From the NCBI RefSeq assembly GCF_004010195.1, contig NC_057718.1, positions 18,930,588 through 18,994,587 of the forward strand: a DNA stretch of 64,000 nt, in the 5' to 3' direction. The position numbers were made by a program, and so were the translations under genes. Each line of letters begins with the position of its first letter. The first letter of the stretch is position 1. Source of the stretch: Chiloscyllium plagiosum. Taxonomy: Eukaryota. This document shows, one piece after another, positions 1 to 11,741 of the stretch. The notes under the pieces are model-generated. The model saw only the letters and a program-made list of their open reading frames with translations. It had not been told where the DNA came from and did no database searches.

Positions 1-754
1 CTATGATAGTTGGAGCAGGGCAAGGATGAAAGGCAGAAGTATGTGGTCAATGCAAACAACATTATTCTACCTGCCTTTATGAACACAAGTTGGGAGGCAA
101 AAAGATGAAACTCACTGACAACATTACTCCATCATAGTTTATGTTACTAGCAAAAATGAAAAATGCTGGAAGCATACAGCAGTTTGTTCACCTCAAAGGA
201 GAAACAACAGATTAAGATTTTGAGGATGATTATTTTCTGGAAGAACTGGAAAATAACATCTCCATGTCATGTTAACATTTTATGTGCAGAACATTACCTT
301 GTCTGTTCTCTTTTTAGAAACTGAGAGAGCTGAAAAACAGAAAAAATTAAAATAAATAGGATCTTCCATCCTAACTTCCTGTTGCAACTTGTTCATGAGT
401 TGGGTGATCGATATTGTTCCTAACCATAAGTTGGTCTTGGATAAAAAATCCTCCTCTCTTCGATTATAAGGCATTTGAGTTGATGTTTAAACTTTAGAAA
501 TCAAATTCTTTATTTAGAAAGCAATATATTTATTGCATACTTAATGGCTTGTCTTTTCCCATGTGGTTTAATGCCACAATATGTGCCTGGGTTCTTTATA
601 GGCTGATTAAGGAAAAAGCAAAGTCTAGAACTGTCCTCAGGTATAGACTTCAAAAGAGCCCTATTTATTATACATTAATACTAAATACTGCTACATATGG
701 TAATCACAGATCTATAGGTGGTTATCACAGACATACAAGGTTCTGACTTACAGT

Positions 755-813
755 TAGGCAGCATCCAAGGAGCAGGAGAATCGACGTTTCGGGCAGGAGC
801 CCTTCTTCAGGAA
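755..813 (-). mobile_element. PLE terminal-repeat micro-fragment with intact minimal hammerhead core
   Basis: Minus strand reads TTC-CTGAAGA-A-GGGC-TCCT-GCCC-GAAAC-GTC-GA then ttctcctgctccttggatgctgcc, the same sequence as the terminus of the GIY-YIG-bearing PLE at 55858-56600. Confidence 0.8.
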
Positions 814-1409
814 AGTATGTGTAAAGGGAGTAGTTGATGTCTTTAAGCAGAGTGAATCGATCTACCTTTGTAGATTCGGCCTAATTTTCAAATCATTGTC
901 TTAATGTTTACTGAGAAACCTACAACAGATACCAAAGGACCTCATTTAAATTGCAATCCATTCCTGCTCATATCAGATATTGACATAGTCCCAGATGCCT
1001 CAGAATAATTTGGCACATTCCCAGGGAATATAGCATATATAGTGACATATCCTAGGTACTTCTTGAGAACAGTGAGGTACTGTCAATAGTGCAAAATGTG
1101 ACAGAGTCACAAGGATCTGTTATTGATTCCATGGATAGAAATGTCAGATTTTTGTACTTCAAAGATTTTTCAGTGTTTCAAGTACATAAACACATAATTG
1201 GAGATACTGTACATTCGACTCTTATTATCACGGATGCAAACGAGTCCTTAACTTGGGGTGATTGCAAATTCCTTACTAATTATATACACGTCACCCTGGG
1301 ATAAAGGAAATATTAGTTATAATTAGACTTTGTTATAAGCAGATGTTCATAATAATGAAAATCAAAACAGGACATCAGAGCAGCTGTTGATGAAAACATC
1401 CAGTCAGAA

Positions 1410-2245
1410 ACATAGAGGTTTACAGCATAGCAACAGTTTTACGGTCCATTGAGACCACACCAGTCAAAAATAAGCACCTAACTGGTCTAATTGCATTTTC
1501 TAGCACTTTGCATCTTGTCTTATATGTCTTGGCATCACAAATGCACATCTAAATGCTGCTTAAATGTTATGAGAGTTTCTATCTCAACCATAGTTACAGA
1601 CCGTGAGTTCCAGATTTCCACCACTCTAAGTGAATAAATGTTTCCTCACATACCCTCAAAACTATTTGCCCTTTATCTTCAATCTACGGTTATTTATTCC
1701 TCCAGCAAAGGGAAAAACTTCTTTCTGTCTAACGCATCTTTGTCTGTCATAATTTTATACATCTCAGTCATGGCTGCCTCAGTCTCCTCTGCTCCAAAGA
1801 AAACAATTCCAGTCTGTCCAATCTCTCATTGTAATGAAAACTCTCCAGACTCGGCAACATGCTGGTAAATCTTTTCTGCTCCCTCTCCAATGTAATCACG
1901 TCCCTATTGTAATGTGAGTTTTAGAACTGCACATAATACTCTAACAGTGGCTTAATCAACTTTTATACAGTTCCAGTATGACCTTCTGCTTTCAAACTCT
2001 ATGCCTTGACCAATAAAGGCAATATGCTTTCTTAACCAATTTATCTGTCTTTCCTGGTAGAATGTACACCAAGGTCCCTCTGATCCTCAGTGGTTCCCAG
2101 GGTCCTACTGTTCATCATGTATCCCCTTGCCTTGTTTGTCCTGCCCAAATGCATCATCACATACTTATCCTGGTTGAACTCCATTCACTACTGATTAGCC
2201 CATTGACCAATTCTTATATATCTTCTTGTCATCTAAGGCTATAAA
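1410..2245 (-). mobile_element. Old degraded CR1 LINE 3' portion
   Basis: Begins with a catagag..tacagc tail like the other CR1 3' ends. Colinear, diverged similarity to 5398-5973 (e.g. agaactgcacataatactc, ctctccagactcggcaacat). Confidence 0.65.
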
Positions 2246-2269
2246 ATTTTATTTTGTAGAGGCATGCTA

Positions 2270-2612
2270 TTTTGATAAAGCATCCTGTCAGGTTTGGCAG
2301 AGTTCACACAGTCAAGTAGGTCACCACTTTAAGATCATGCCCAACATCAAATGTACTCTGTTGAGTGTTTGGGGCAGATATTAACTCAAGGCTACTCCCA
2401 CTCTGCTGCAAAATTTTGCCATAGTGCCAGACAACTAGAATGCTGTTTTTGCATTGGAAAAAAACGATTGGTAGTAAGTTTAACTTAAGTGTCTCAGGCA
2501 AGAGGCAAGGTTGAGAAGGTGGGATATCCAATGGTAATCTCAGCCAGTGTGTGTATTGAACCTGCACTGCTGGAATCACTAACCAGATTTCCACCCAATT
2601 CAGTTAACCGAC
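2270..2612 (-). mobile_element. Degraded tRNA-derived SINE (possibly Deu-type)
   Basis: Minus strand has a tRNA-like head near 2612-2555 (gtcggttaactgaattgg...ggttcaat) and a stretch near 2370-2425 resembling the DeuSINE atggcacta..gagcaggggag..aatatttatccc block. Confidence 0.35.
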
Positions 2613-3336
2613 AACCTAAACTTTGCTTTAAATGCACTTTGGTGGAAAATTCAGTTTACAACTGATGGAAAATCTCCAGTGATGTTACTTGGTTTGGATA
2701 CAGCTTCTGAAGGAAATTCACAGATTTTTCAACATTTTTGTAATGACCAAGATAACAAAAGTGTTATGTAAATCATCGACAATAGCGTGATGGTACCTCA
2801 ATACCAATATGGTAGCTTGTCAGTGAGCTAATTGAAACGGCTAGGCTGTCCCAGGAGTGGAAACAACCTGAAAGTGTCTCCAGCAAACTTATTTTCTTTA
2901 ACCCTGCTTCTCTTTCCCCATCCTTAACAGGAAGGCATGAAGGAGCAGAATCTGTGGACTGCATCAATCTGCTGATTTACTCAGATCAAAGTCACTCACT
3001 GTATGAAATGCATTCTGTCATTTATGGAAGTGCTGTGAATGACAAACTCCTTTTTTTCATATTCTTCCCCAGATTGAACACAACCCAAAGAGACAACAAT
3101 TTGTCACCCCACTTGACAATAAAACATACCATGATAAATGTACTATATATCCTGGATGAGCAAATTGCATTTGCCATGGGGAACCCCCATCTGAATTTCC
3201 ACTTTTACCTTTGATGGAAGGAAAATATCAGTTTACGTTTTTGTGTTTCAAGGAATTGATGTTTATACAACATTTTAGCTGTTTTCATCTTTGTTCAGCA
3301 GCTTCATTGGCCTGCATATACTATATTAGCTGCTTG

Positions 3337-3506
3337 GTCGGCATCTGAGGAGCAGGAAATCGATGTTTTGGGCAAAAACCTTTCATCGGGTTTTTGCCCG
3401 AAACGTCAATTTTCCTGCTCCTCGGATGCTGCCTGACTTGCTGTGCTTTTCCAGCACCACTCTAATCTTGACTCTAATCTCCAGCATTTCCATACCCACT
3501 TCTGCC
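3337..3506 (+). mobile_element. PLE terminal micro-insert with inverted 5' arm and 14-bp TSD
   Basis: Direct repeat atattagctgcttg at 3323-3336 and 3507-3520. Inverted arms at 3341-3380 and 3389-3429. Contains gcccgaaacgtc and the PLE terminus. Confidence 0.85.
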
Positions 3507-3759
3507 ATATTAGCTGCTTGTTAGCAACATACAGTGGGTGGACTGGCTGCCCAAGAAGTGCATTGACAATGTTATAACTTCTAAAAAAATCATGGAATCC
3601 CAACACTTCAATATTAGACTTCCTTTTATAATCTAAGCTAAACAGAATTTGACCATATGTAGTTTTAGCAAAGCTTATTTTCTCTTCTGATATTCATCCA
3701 AAGTTTTCTCTTTAGTTTTCTTTAGTTCTGAGGAATCCCCCAATTTTGAAATTTCTGTC

Positions 3760-4110
3760 TGTCTTTTCAATTCCATCCATGGCCACACCTCTTCAGACTT
3801 CTGTAATTTTTGTCAGATCTACAACTCTGAGTTACCTCTGCTCCAGCAAGTCACACCTATTGTAAGTGCCTGATTTCATTGCTACATTGACAGCCATGCC
3901 TCCAGATTCCCAAAATGGATTCCCTTTTTAATCTCACCACCTTTCTTACTTCATTAAAGATATTTATTAAAACCTAACTCCAACATTCAGCTGTCCTGAT
4001 ATCTGTTCATTTGATTCAATGTCAGATCTTTTTAAATAGCTTTATTCTGACTGATAACATGCTTCTGAAATGTTTACAGTGCCATCTAAATGCAAGTTGT
4101 TATTGTTGAA
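3760..4110 (+). mobile_element. Degraded L2-like LINE 3' end
   Basis: Contains ccatgcctccag and ends in an L2-type tail (gtgccatctaaatgcaagttgttattgttg). Resembles 14760-15240. Confidence 0.4.
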
Positions 4111-4241
4111 TGCATTAGTTCTTTCTCCAGTTCCTCTCCCAAATGGCTATGCTGCGGCCTACAAAATATGTGGCTCGCTGCGGCAAGAACCATTGTGACC
4201 AGGCTCACTTATTCATGGAAGAGGGCCTTCAGTCTCCTGAT

Positions 4242-4748
4242 TGTGAGAAACAAAGCTCACTCACTTCAATAATTTCAGTCCGAGACAAGATCTGAATCAG
4301 TAGTGTCATTTATTTCACTCTTGCAAGAGGGTGCGATGTCCACTGTCTACAAGGCAGGGACACAAACACACTGAGTTCAACGAATACATGATATTTATGT
4401 ATTTTGGTTCCTTTTTCTTATCCCATTGCTCCTCCCCGTTTACATCTTCCACTTCTCTAAGACCGGCGCCCATTACTCCTGTTTATCTCTTGCCTTATCC
4501 GGCCTTGTCTGTGACAAAATGCTTATTTCTGGCCTCACAAGGCCGTTTGACCACATCCTGCTGTGGCCCATTGTTAGATATATCCTTTCTTCATCATTAT
4601 CTACTCCCTCCATCTGTGCTTTCCCCAACCATACTGATCCTTATGACCTTTTAATTGGGGTTTGTTCCTGTGTTTCTGTAAAAGTGGGAAACAGATGCTT
4701 ATAACTACTGCTTGTGCAAGCATATGTGGCTTAACCTACATCCTCACA
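4242..4748 (-). mobile_element. Candidate solo LTR of an unrelated (ERV-like) family
   Basis: Perfect 6-bp terminal inverted repeat TGTGAG...CTCACA, ~507 bp long. Minus-strand AATAAA near 4309-4314 and a TATA-like motif ~85 bp upstream of it. No TSD found. Confidence 0.3.
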
Positions 4749-5397
4749 GCACCTTATCTATTTGTCTGTAACATCAACCATTGTTTTGCAGTCACGTTTC
4801 ATTCTTGCATACAATTTTAGCTAATACAAAAACAATTATGTATTTCCTCCATATAGTTTGCATTCTTGTTGACTCAGCTCATAGTTGAAACAATTACACA
4901 CTGGTGTGAGTTCATTTACCTTGCATAAGTAATTATAATTGCAGAAGTAACACTACTTTACCTATATCCCACATGATGAAAGGTGAAACACACACAAGTA
5001 AGTCCAACGGCAGAAGAGGCTGACAAGACATTCATTAATGAACCAATTGATATGCATTATCCTCAATCCCTTTAATTTACTGAAGGCTCTGGACTTAAAT
5101 AGAGATTGCACAACTCTCACATGCCTCTGGAAGGTCATCCAACACAATTGGTCAAGTTTGTCAATAACTTCTGTGGATACCCTCCCTATCAAGTATTCTG
5201 TAGCCGATATTGAGAGGGATGTGCATTCTCCTACATTTTCATTCTGCCTTTACTCACCTGTGACCTGATAACCATCTTCAATCCTGGGCAGGATGTGGAG
5301 CCACTGGTCTTTGATTGATTATCACCTCTTGATCAGTTTGACGCCCGGTTCTCAGAACTTCAGTTGCAGAGAAAGTCCAACTGCAGCCAATCACATG

Positions 5398-5973
5398 GAG
5401 TCATAGAGATGTACAGCACGGAAACAGATCCTTCAGTCCAACTCGTCCATGCCAACCAGATATCCTAACCCAATCTACTCCCATTTGCCAGCAGTTGGCC
5501 CATATCCCTCTAAACCGTTCTTATACATATACCCATCCAGATGCCTTTTAAATGCTGCAATTGTACCAGCCTCCACCAATTCCTCTGGCAGCTCATTCCA
5601 TACATACCACTCTCTGCATGAAAAAGTGGCACCTTAGGTCCCTTTTATGTTTTTCCCCTCTCATCCTAAAACTATGCCCTTTAGTTCTGGACTCCCCCTC
5701 CCAGGAAAAAGATTTTATCTATTTATCCTATCCATGCCTTTCATGAGTTTATAAACCTCTATAAGGTTACCCCTCAACCTCCGACACTCCAGGGAAAACA
5801 GCCCGAGCCTATACAGCCTCTCGCTATAGCTCAAGTCTACCAACCCTGGCAACAGCCTTGTAAATATCTTCTGAACCTTTCAACTTTCACGACAGCATTC
5901 CAATAGGAAGGATACCAGAATTGCACACAATGTTCCAAAAGTGGCCGAACCAACATCCTGTACAGCCGCAACA
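5398..5973 (-). mobile_element. CR1 (HER1-type) LINE, 5'-truncated 3' end
   Basis: Reverse complement matches 43545-44130 of the long CR1, including the ctctatgactc tail. Confidence 0.92.
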
Positions 5974-6195
5974 TTTACTGGATGATGAAATGTTACCTAT
6001 TATGTGTTATGTCTGTTATGGCTATGAACCAGTGTTTTTTGTGGCTATGTAATGTGTAATTGATAGTTTGAACTGGATACTTGAATCTTACCAAAAAGAT
6101 GTGAATGTTGTTTTATCTCCAAGTTTGATCTATTTTCCATTACAGCACTTAGTCGCTGTTTCTCCCATGTCTTGTCAAAAAGGGATCAAGTAATG

Positions 6196-6326
6196 ATATT
6201 CCTGATGAAGAGCTTATGCTCAAAAGGTTGATTCTCCTGCTCCTTGAATGCTGCCTGACCGACTGTGCTTTTCCAGCACCACACTTTTTGCCTGATCTCC
6301 AGCATCAGCAGTCCTCACTTTTTCCC
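6196..6326 (+). mobile_element. PLE terminal micro-insert with degenerate hammerhead and 15-bp TSD
   Basis: TSD agggatcaagtaatg at 6181-6195 and 6327-6341. Insert starts attc-ctgatga-a-gagc-ttat-gctc-aaaa and ends gtcctcactttttccc. Confidence 0.85.
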
Positions 6327-6924
6327 AGGGATCAAGTAATGTCAAGTATCTACTTTGAAGATAGCCTATCCATTTCTGCTGGGGAAATTGGCAGGTGCAG
6401 AGGCAAAGACAGATGGAAGTTCCATCTGCTCCCTCACTACTCAGGTATGTAGAAAGGACATTGGATCAGCAGGAAATACCATTGTATTTCCCATTGTTGC
6501 CACCTTTGAAGCATCTACTACAATGAACTTTGACAAATAAAGACACGCTTTATTGTGAATTGTGAAGTAGCAGATCCAGAGGGTTTTCCAGTCTGGATCT
6601 GGCCTGTTGCTTTGGGCCCTTTAATTTTGTCAGAAGGGTAAGGATTCCTTCAAACCATCCCTCCTATTTGTTCTCCATGCAGACAGAGTTTCCATAGCCC
6701 TTGTTCCTCCTACTGCTCTTCCCACAATAAAATGTCAAGGGCTGCCAGCAAGTAATAAAAGTCAGAAGTTCTTTTACCAGCTCAGAAGTCTACAGTAGCA
6801 ATTATAATAATTTGCAAGTTTAACATAATTTTAAAAAGTTACTTCAAGAAAAATTACTCCTTAAGTTCTATGTGGCTTTACCAGAAAGCAACTGAAATTC
6901 CCTTTCAACTCTAAAATTCATCTT

Positions 6925-7500
6925 TTATTTTTTCATGGGATGAGAGTATTGCCAACTAGTGTAACATTTGCTGCCCATCCCCAGGTACCCTTTGATGGTG
7001 GGGAACTGCCTTCTTGAACCATGAAGTTTATGTGGTTAAACAGCTTCAGGATTTGGGGCATTTGACCCAGCCACATCAAAGAAATGGCGATAAAGTTTCA
7101 AGTCAGGATGGTGTCCAGCTTAGAGCAGGATTTGCAGGTGCCGGCATTCCCACGCATCTGCTCCGCTTATCCATCTAAAGTGGTAGAAGTCGTGGATTTT
7201 GAAGAGACTACGGAAGGAAATTTGGTGAGTTGCTGATGTGTACTGTGTGGACATACGCCCCTCTGCTGCTGTGTATAAGGCCTAATGGGAATGAATGTTT
7301 AAAGTGATGGATAAGATGCAATCAAACAGGTTGTCCAATGGTGTTGAGCTTCTTGAGTGTTATTGGAGCTGTTTGTCATAGTCAAATGGAAAATACTACA
7401 TCACACTTCTGATTTGAGCCTGGGGGGGCAATGGGGAATCAGGAGATAAGTTACTGACTGCAGAAATCTGAGCCTCTGACCTGCTCTTGTAGACGCACTA
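6925..7500 (-). mobile_element. CR1/L2-superfamily LINE 3' region (second LINE family)
   Basis: Shares motifs (tgttgagcttcttgagtgttattggagc; tgcccatccc...ccttcttgaac) with copies at 15545, 20730, 25715 and 54340. Minus-strand translation resembles the RT C-terminal TLKKLDTI motif. Confidence 0.7.
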
Positions 7501-7724
7501 TGAATGTGGTCCAAATATCTTCCAAATGACAGAGATCAGTGGAAACCCAAGAGCAATGGTAAAACCAGCTGCAAAAGTTGGTTTCCTGGGTCCTTGCTGA
7601 TTTCTATCAAAGTTATGGTGGCAGATTGAGAGAAGCTCCCCTGAAAATTCCAGACAGGCAAGTTCTGCCGCAGAGATGTATGTATTCTTTCTTATAAACA
7701 TTCCTGTATAATAAGAACTGTCAT

Positions 7725-7943
7725 AGATATTGTCTTTTGGATAAGACATTAAACCAAGGCTCATGAAAGCTTCCATGCTCCATTACAAGGAAAAGCAGGT
7801 AAATTCATCTTGGTGTCCTGGCCAATATCTGCCACTTTTCAAATTATTGCAATATTAGCAACACTTAAACCATAACACATGAGTAGTAAACCCTTTGGGA
7901 TGGCGTCAATCAATGAAGGCACAATATAAATACAAGTTCTTTC
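7725..7943 (+). mobile_element. Degraded DeuSINE-like SINE 3' part
   Basis: gtcttttggataagacattaaaccaaggc and ggtgtcctggccaatat resemble the Deu domain. Ends in an L2-type tail (atataaatacaagttctttc) into which the next LTR inserted. Confidence 0.5.
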
Positions 7944-8575
7944 CGTTATGGATGAGACCAAACCTCCTCAAAATATATCAAGGAGATAGCCTAGACTTTA
8001 ACTTTTATCTCACTTAAAGATGAGTGTAATGTGCTGTGTTCTAGGTGTAATCGATTAGTCACATTACTCGACTTTAAGCAAACCACACTTTACTCTAACC
8101 TTACAAAACAAAAGAAAGAAGAATTCGTATAAATTTAATTCTATTGGAAAATTTAATAGAATAATAGATTATTTAATTACTAAACTATTCCAATATAGTA
8201 ACATCACATAAGCACACCCTTGGCAAAGACAAATTCAGTAAAATAGATTGTCCTACATGCAATTTGGGCAGAGAGAAAACAAATTCTGGTATAGAAGAGA
8301 GAGAGAAGGGGGGGGGGAGAGAGAGAGAGAGACAGCTTCCACAGCCAACCTCAAAATCCTAACAACTACTGAAAACTAAATTAAAACCCTAGTTCTGTGG
8401 GAGCCTGACCCCACCTATTTATGCTACTTCTATTGTTCTAAGTTTTAAAGAAAACCCAAGGCCTCACAAACTGTTTATTTTATTGGCTTGAAGGATATAG
8501 CTCAGCACGTATGGCTTCTCTTCAGAAAGAAAACCAGGACAAACTACACGTCTTAAAAGCCATAGTATCATCACA
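7944..8575 (-). mobile_element. Solo LTR, Gypsy family related to the 28670-34277 element
   Basis: Starts (c)gttatgga..gacc and ends catcaca. Colinear with 33656-34277. Contains a GA/G-run microsatellite at ~8294-8332. Confidence 0.85.
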
Positions 8576-9269
8576 TTCTTTCTTAAATGTTTCTTGGGCA
8601 TAACTAAAGAAGCTCATCACCGAAGCAAGTGTTCAGTAAAAGTGAAGAATCACTCTTGATAGAATGTTTTTCACTAATGCAAATATTATATGTGAGGACA
8701 GTACATATATTCACTTAATAATGCAGAAAATGCAGCAAATGGAATTTATTTATATATTTCAATAAATGAATGAAACAATTATTTTTCTGTCTTGACAAGA
8801 AGCACATGCAAATTCTCTGAATCTCCGAAGTTTTCCCACTGGAACAACATAATCTCTAACTGTGTGTGAACCGGTTGCAAGAATTTTACACTGTCATTAA
8901 ACTGAAAATTGTTGTCTAAGGTATTTAGTACCCGAAAGGGTTAGCATGCTATCCATTTCAATAGCATACTATACACTCAGTCTATACTCAGTCTTAAGTA
9001 TAGACTGAGGGCTTACAAAATACCTCCAATGTTATACAAGTAGCTATTAAGTACTATGTAATAAACAAATTCTGTTTATTAAAATTAAGATCTTCTCTTT
9101 CAAAGATGGCAGTGAACATCATTCCCATTGATAAACATAAAAAATAAGGACTGGTTGCAGTGAATCTACCCAAGGCATCTCAATGGCTTCAGTGGACCTG
9201 GCTGCAACATATAGCATTTCATCACATGAAAATGTCATCACATAAAGCAAAAAAAACAAAGAAAAAAGG

Positions 9270-10530
9270 GCTACCCATCCAGTCCCATTCTCCAGCCTTT
9301 TCTCTGTAGCCCTTTAAATTCATCGCTTTCAAATATACATCCAGCTCTCTTTTGAAACCTCATATTGAATCTGTCTCCACCACTCTCCTAGGCAACACAT
9401 TCCAAATCCTAACAGCCATCTGAGTAAAGACGTTCCTCCTCATCTCACTCTTAGCTCTCTTGCTGACAATCTTATAATTCTGACACCGAGTTACCTCTAG
9501 TTCTACATAACAGCTAGTAGAAACAGAATGTCTTTTTTACTCTGTCAAAAGTGTTCATAATTTTGGACATTTTAATAAGGTCACTTTTTAATCGACTCTG
9601 CTCCAAGGAGAATATGTTCAATTTCTCCAATCTTTCCTTCTCTCTAAAATCCCTAATTCTGGTATCATTCTAGTAAATGTCTTTGGCACTCTCTCTCGAG
9701 GGTTTTAATAGCCTTATTTAAATAAGGTGTCCAGAACTGAACACAATACTCCAAATGTGGTCTGAGCAATGATTTGAAGAGGTACAGCATCATTTCCTTG
9801 CTTTTTTACACTATGCCACAATTTATAAATCCAAGGATCCCATAAACTTAACAATTGTCTCAACTTGCCTGGCCATTTTAAAGAATTATGCATTTGAATC
9901 AAGGGGTTTAAAATGCATGACTTCACACTTCTCTGCATTGAAATTTGTCTGCCAAGTTTCTACCCATTTGGCCTACTTGTCAATGTCTCTCTGAAGTCAT
10001 TCAGCATCATCTCATCCTCACAGATCACTATCCTCTCTAGCTTTAGTATCAACTGCAATTTAGAAATTTTATCCTCAATGTCCATTTCCAAATTGTTTAT
10101 ATTGATCAGAAAAAAACAAGGGCCCCAGCATCAATCCCTGGTAACACCATTTTCAACTCATCTGCAGTCTGGCAAAATGCCCATTCATACCTACCTTTTG
10201 TTTCCTATCTCTGAGCTAATTTCTAATCCATGCTGCCAAGGACCCATCAGTCCAAATATTTCAAATTTGCTCTCCAATCTTCCATGTGACACTATATCAA
10301 ATGCTTTCCGAAAATCCAACTATACAACATCCACAGCACTACCCTCATCCATGTGTCACCTCATCAAAAAATTTAACAAAAATGATCAGACATGATCTTC
10401 CTTTGACAAAGCCATGTTGACTGTCCAGTATTAACTTAGTTTTCTCTAAGTGCATGTTTATCTTATTCTGTCCTCAATCAGTTTTCCCACTATTAATATC
10501 AAGTTGACAGGGCTGTAGTTTCCTGCCTTT
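9270..10530 (-). mobile_element. Old degraded CR1 LINE (RT region to 3' end)
   Basis: Reverse complement shows CR1 RT motifs (QHGF from aagccatgttg; DFRKAFD from tatcaaatgctttccgaaaatc; CVQFW from ccagaactgaacaca). Confidence 0.75.
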
Positions 10531-11246
10531 CTGTTTTCTCACATTTATCCATATCACACTTCGCCTGCCACACATTTTCCCACTCACTCAACTTGTCCAA
10601 ACCACATTGAAACATCTTTGCATCTTCCTCGTAGTTCACCACCCACCCAACTATGTGCCATCTGTAAACATGGAGATATTACATTTAGTTCCCTCATCTA
10701 AATCATGAACACATAGATTTCCATGTGTTTCCCCACTGTTTATAATTGCTTAATGAAAGAAAGTAATTCAAATAGTTTTGGCTGTTTAGTTAAGGTTAAA
10801 TGGACAATCAGATTTCAGTCATATTTGACAGCAAATCAAAACAGATTATCTAAATCCTGTAAAAATCATGGTTATACTTGCATTTGAATGCAGCATGCAA
10901 TTGGAAAATTAATGTTAGAAGTTTATTTGCAATGAAAACAGAGTTCAAAGATGTTTGACAAGGATGATTTCAAAAATCCAAATCCTAATTTAATAGGAAA
11001 GGCCGACGGGATTGAATTTGGGTGCTGCTAATATCAAATTAAAAATTAGACGTGATATCTATTGAAAATGATAAATGGCATGGATAATATAGAAAGAACC
11101 AGTTTGCTTCATACGAACTCTGATTGTAAAATTACAGGTAATGTATATCCAGCACCTTTCATACCAGTGTAATGTGCCTGCAATATATCTACAGGATATA
11201 TTCAGCAACTCAAAGTTTTTTTTGATGATGTCTGTTTCAATTTGAT

Positions 11247-11524
11247 TATAGAATCTGTACAATGTGGAAGCAGGCCATTCAGCACATCAAGTCTACAATG
11301 CCCCTCCAAATATCATATCACCTTACTTCATTGCTGTAATCATGCACTTCCCATGGTGAATCCACCTAACCTTCACATCTTTGGAAGGTGCAAGGAAACT
11401 AGAGCGCTCAGAGGAAACACAAGCAGACACTGAGAGGATTTGCAAAACAGTAGCCTGAGGCTGGAATCAAACCCAGGTCCCTGGCACTGTGAGGTAGCAG
11501 TGCTAACACAAAGCCACAGTGCCA
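11247..11524 (-). mobile_element. HE1-type V-SINE, diverged
   Basis: tRNA-derived head at the right end (tgttagcactgctacctcacagtgccagggacctgggtttgattcc on the minus strand), V-domain remnant and CR1-like tail. Colinear with 62766-63078. Confidence 0.8.
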
Positions 11525-11613
11525 TCCTTCTTAGATCATAGAATCCCTTCAGTACAGCAACAGGCCACTCAGCCCATCGAGTCCACATGGACCCTTTGAA
11601 GAGCATCCAACCC

Positions 11614-11653
11614 AGATTCCTGAAGAAGGGCCTGTGCCCGAAACGTCGAATCT
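11614..11653 (+). ncRNA. Minimal type I hammerhead ribozyme motif (best-preserved copy)
   Basis: AGAUUC-CUGAAGA-A-GGGC(CUGU)GCCC-GAAAC-GUC-GAAUCU. Helix I AGAUUC/GAAUCU (the outer 2 bp may come from host DNA), 4-bp helix II, palindromic ACGU in place of helix III, GUC cleavage triplet at 11645-11647. Confidence 0.75.
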
Positions 11654-11741
11654 CCTGTTCCCTGGATGCTGCCTGACCTGCTGTGCTGTTCCAGCAATAA
11701 AGTTTCAACTTTGATCTCCAGCATCTGCAGACCTCACTTTC
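11616..11741 (+). mobile_element. PLE terminal micro-insert
   Basis: Same ~125 bp unit as 6196-6326 and 53169-53299, ending gatctccagcatctgcagacctcactttc. Confidence 0.85.
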
